Shown here: in pieces, positions 46,118 to 46,377 of the stretch
Layout: the number at the start of each line of letters is the position of its first letter
Numbering within the stretch: position 1 is the first letter of the stretch
UHGV virus genome: UHGV-1361494
Reading direction: 5' to 3' (one strand)
From: a virus
Length of the DNA: 46,377 bases
Program-made: the position numbers and the translations under genes
Notes under the pieces: generated by a model
The model's input: the letters and a program-made list of their open reading frames with translations, nothing else
Told to the model about the DNA's origin: nothing
Database searches by the model: none

Positions 46118-46377
46118 TATGGTGGTGAAAATAAATAAACAATAGCAAGCTAATATTTTTGTAACGTGAGTTACTATCTCTCTAAGAGGTTTTAAAGTCT
46201 ATTGTTTATATATAAATAATTAGTAAGTACTGAAGGAGAAAAAAGGTCTTATATGGAGCTCTATCGTCCCGAACGTTTTTGCGTCACGACGATAGAAAGC
46301 GAGGATTGATGCGGGTTGTAGGCCTAAATCCCGAAAATCCTAAAAACTGGGTGGGATTTATTTTCTAAAGTTAGATG

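Noticed and set aside
1-46377. CRISPR array, integrase/attP, CI-type repressor, reverse transcriptase/DGR
   Set aside because: No regular short repeat-spacer structure was seen. No tyrosine/serine recombinase motifs, no LexA-like repressor and no RT motifs were found in any ORF. The phage is treated as virulent.

Overview
The window reads as a complete or near-complete ~46 kb genome of a virulent tailed phage (siphovirus-type, lambda-like tail module) that infects an enterobacterial host. The host inference is my own and rests on sigma70-type promoters and an E. coli SSB-like C-terminal tail coding sequence; no integrase or CI-type repressor was seen. The layout is: (i) Early replication/recombination region, 0.3-9.4 kb. 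A PrimPol-SF3 primase/helicase and a Cro-like HTH sit on the minus strand. Sak4-like ATPase, Gp157-like protein, DUF669-type SSB, SF2 helicase and VRR-NUC nuclease sit on the plus strand. (ii) Late operon on the minus strand, 43.97 -> 9.37 kb: TerS, TerL, portal, MuF-like, protease/scaffold, decoration, major capsid, head-tail joining proteins, major tail (Ig-like), chaperone, tape measure, M/L/K/J-like proteins, and a tail fibre with a C-terminal SGNH esterase. This operon is repeatedly interrupted by short plus-strand islands. (iii) A tRNA cluster (Ser-GCU, Arg-UCU, and a Met/Ile-CAU-like tRNA) sits behind a ~440 nt noncoding leader. (iv) The lysis cassette is GH24 endolysin, holin-like protein and Rz with embedded Rz1. 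Main observations from the hunt: two closely related LAGLIDADG inteins inserted at the identical P-loop position (GxG|SGK[ST]) of two unrelated ATPases, the SF2 helicase and the large terminase. A 39-nt direct repeat encoding the SSB acidic tail (PPMDFD[DE]DIPF, each followed by a terminator) brackets the helicase/VRR-NUC cassette. The second copy is in frame after the amber stop of the nuclease gene. A 14-nt promoter motif TTGACGTAGATTGA recurs six times, always at the head of a strand-switch island. A plus-strand island (ParB-like nuclease, C5 DNA methyltransferase, endonuclease VII, beta-clamp-like protein) splits the head and tail modules. There are two paralogous free-standing HNH homing endonucleases. 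The window ends carry iteron-like repeats. All calls rest on motif-level reading of the supplied ORF translations and the nucleotide sequence; no database searches were run.
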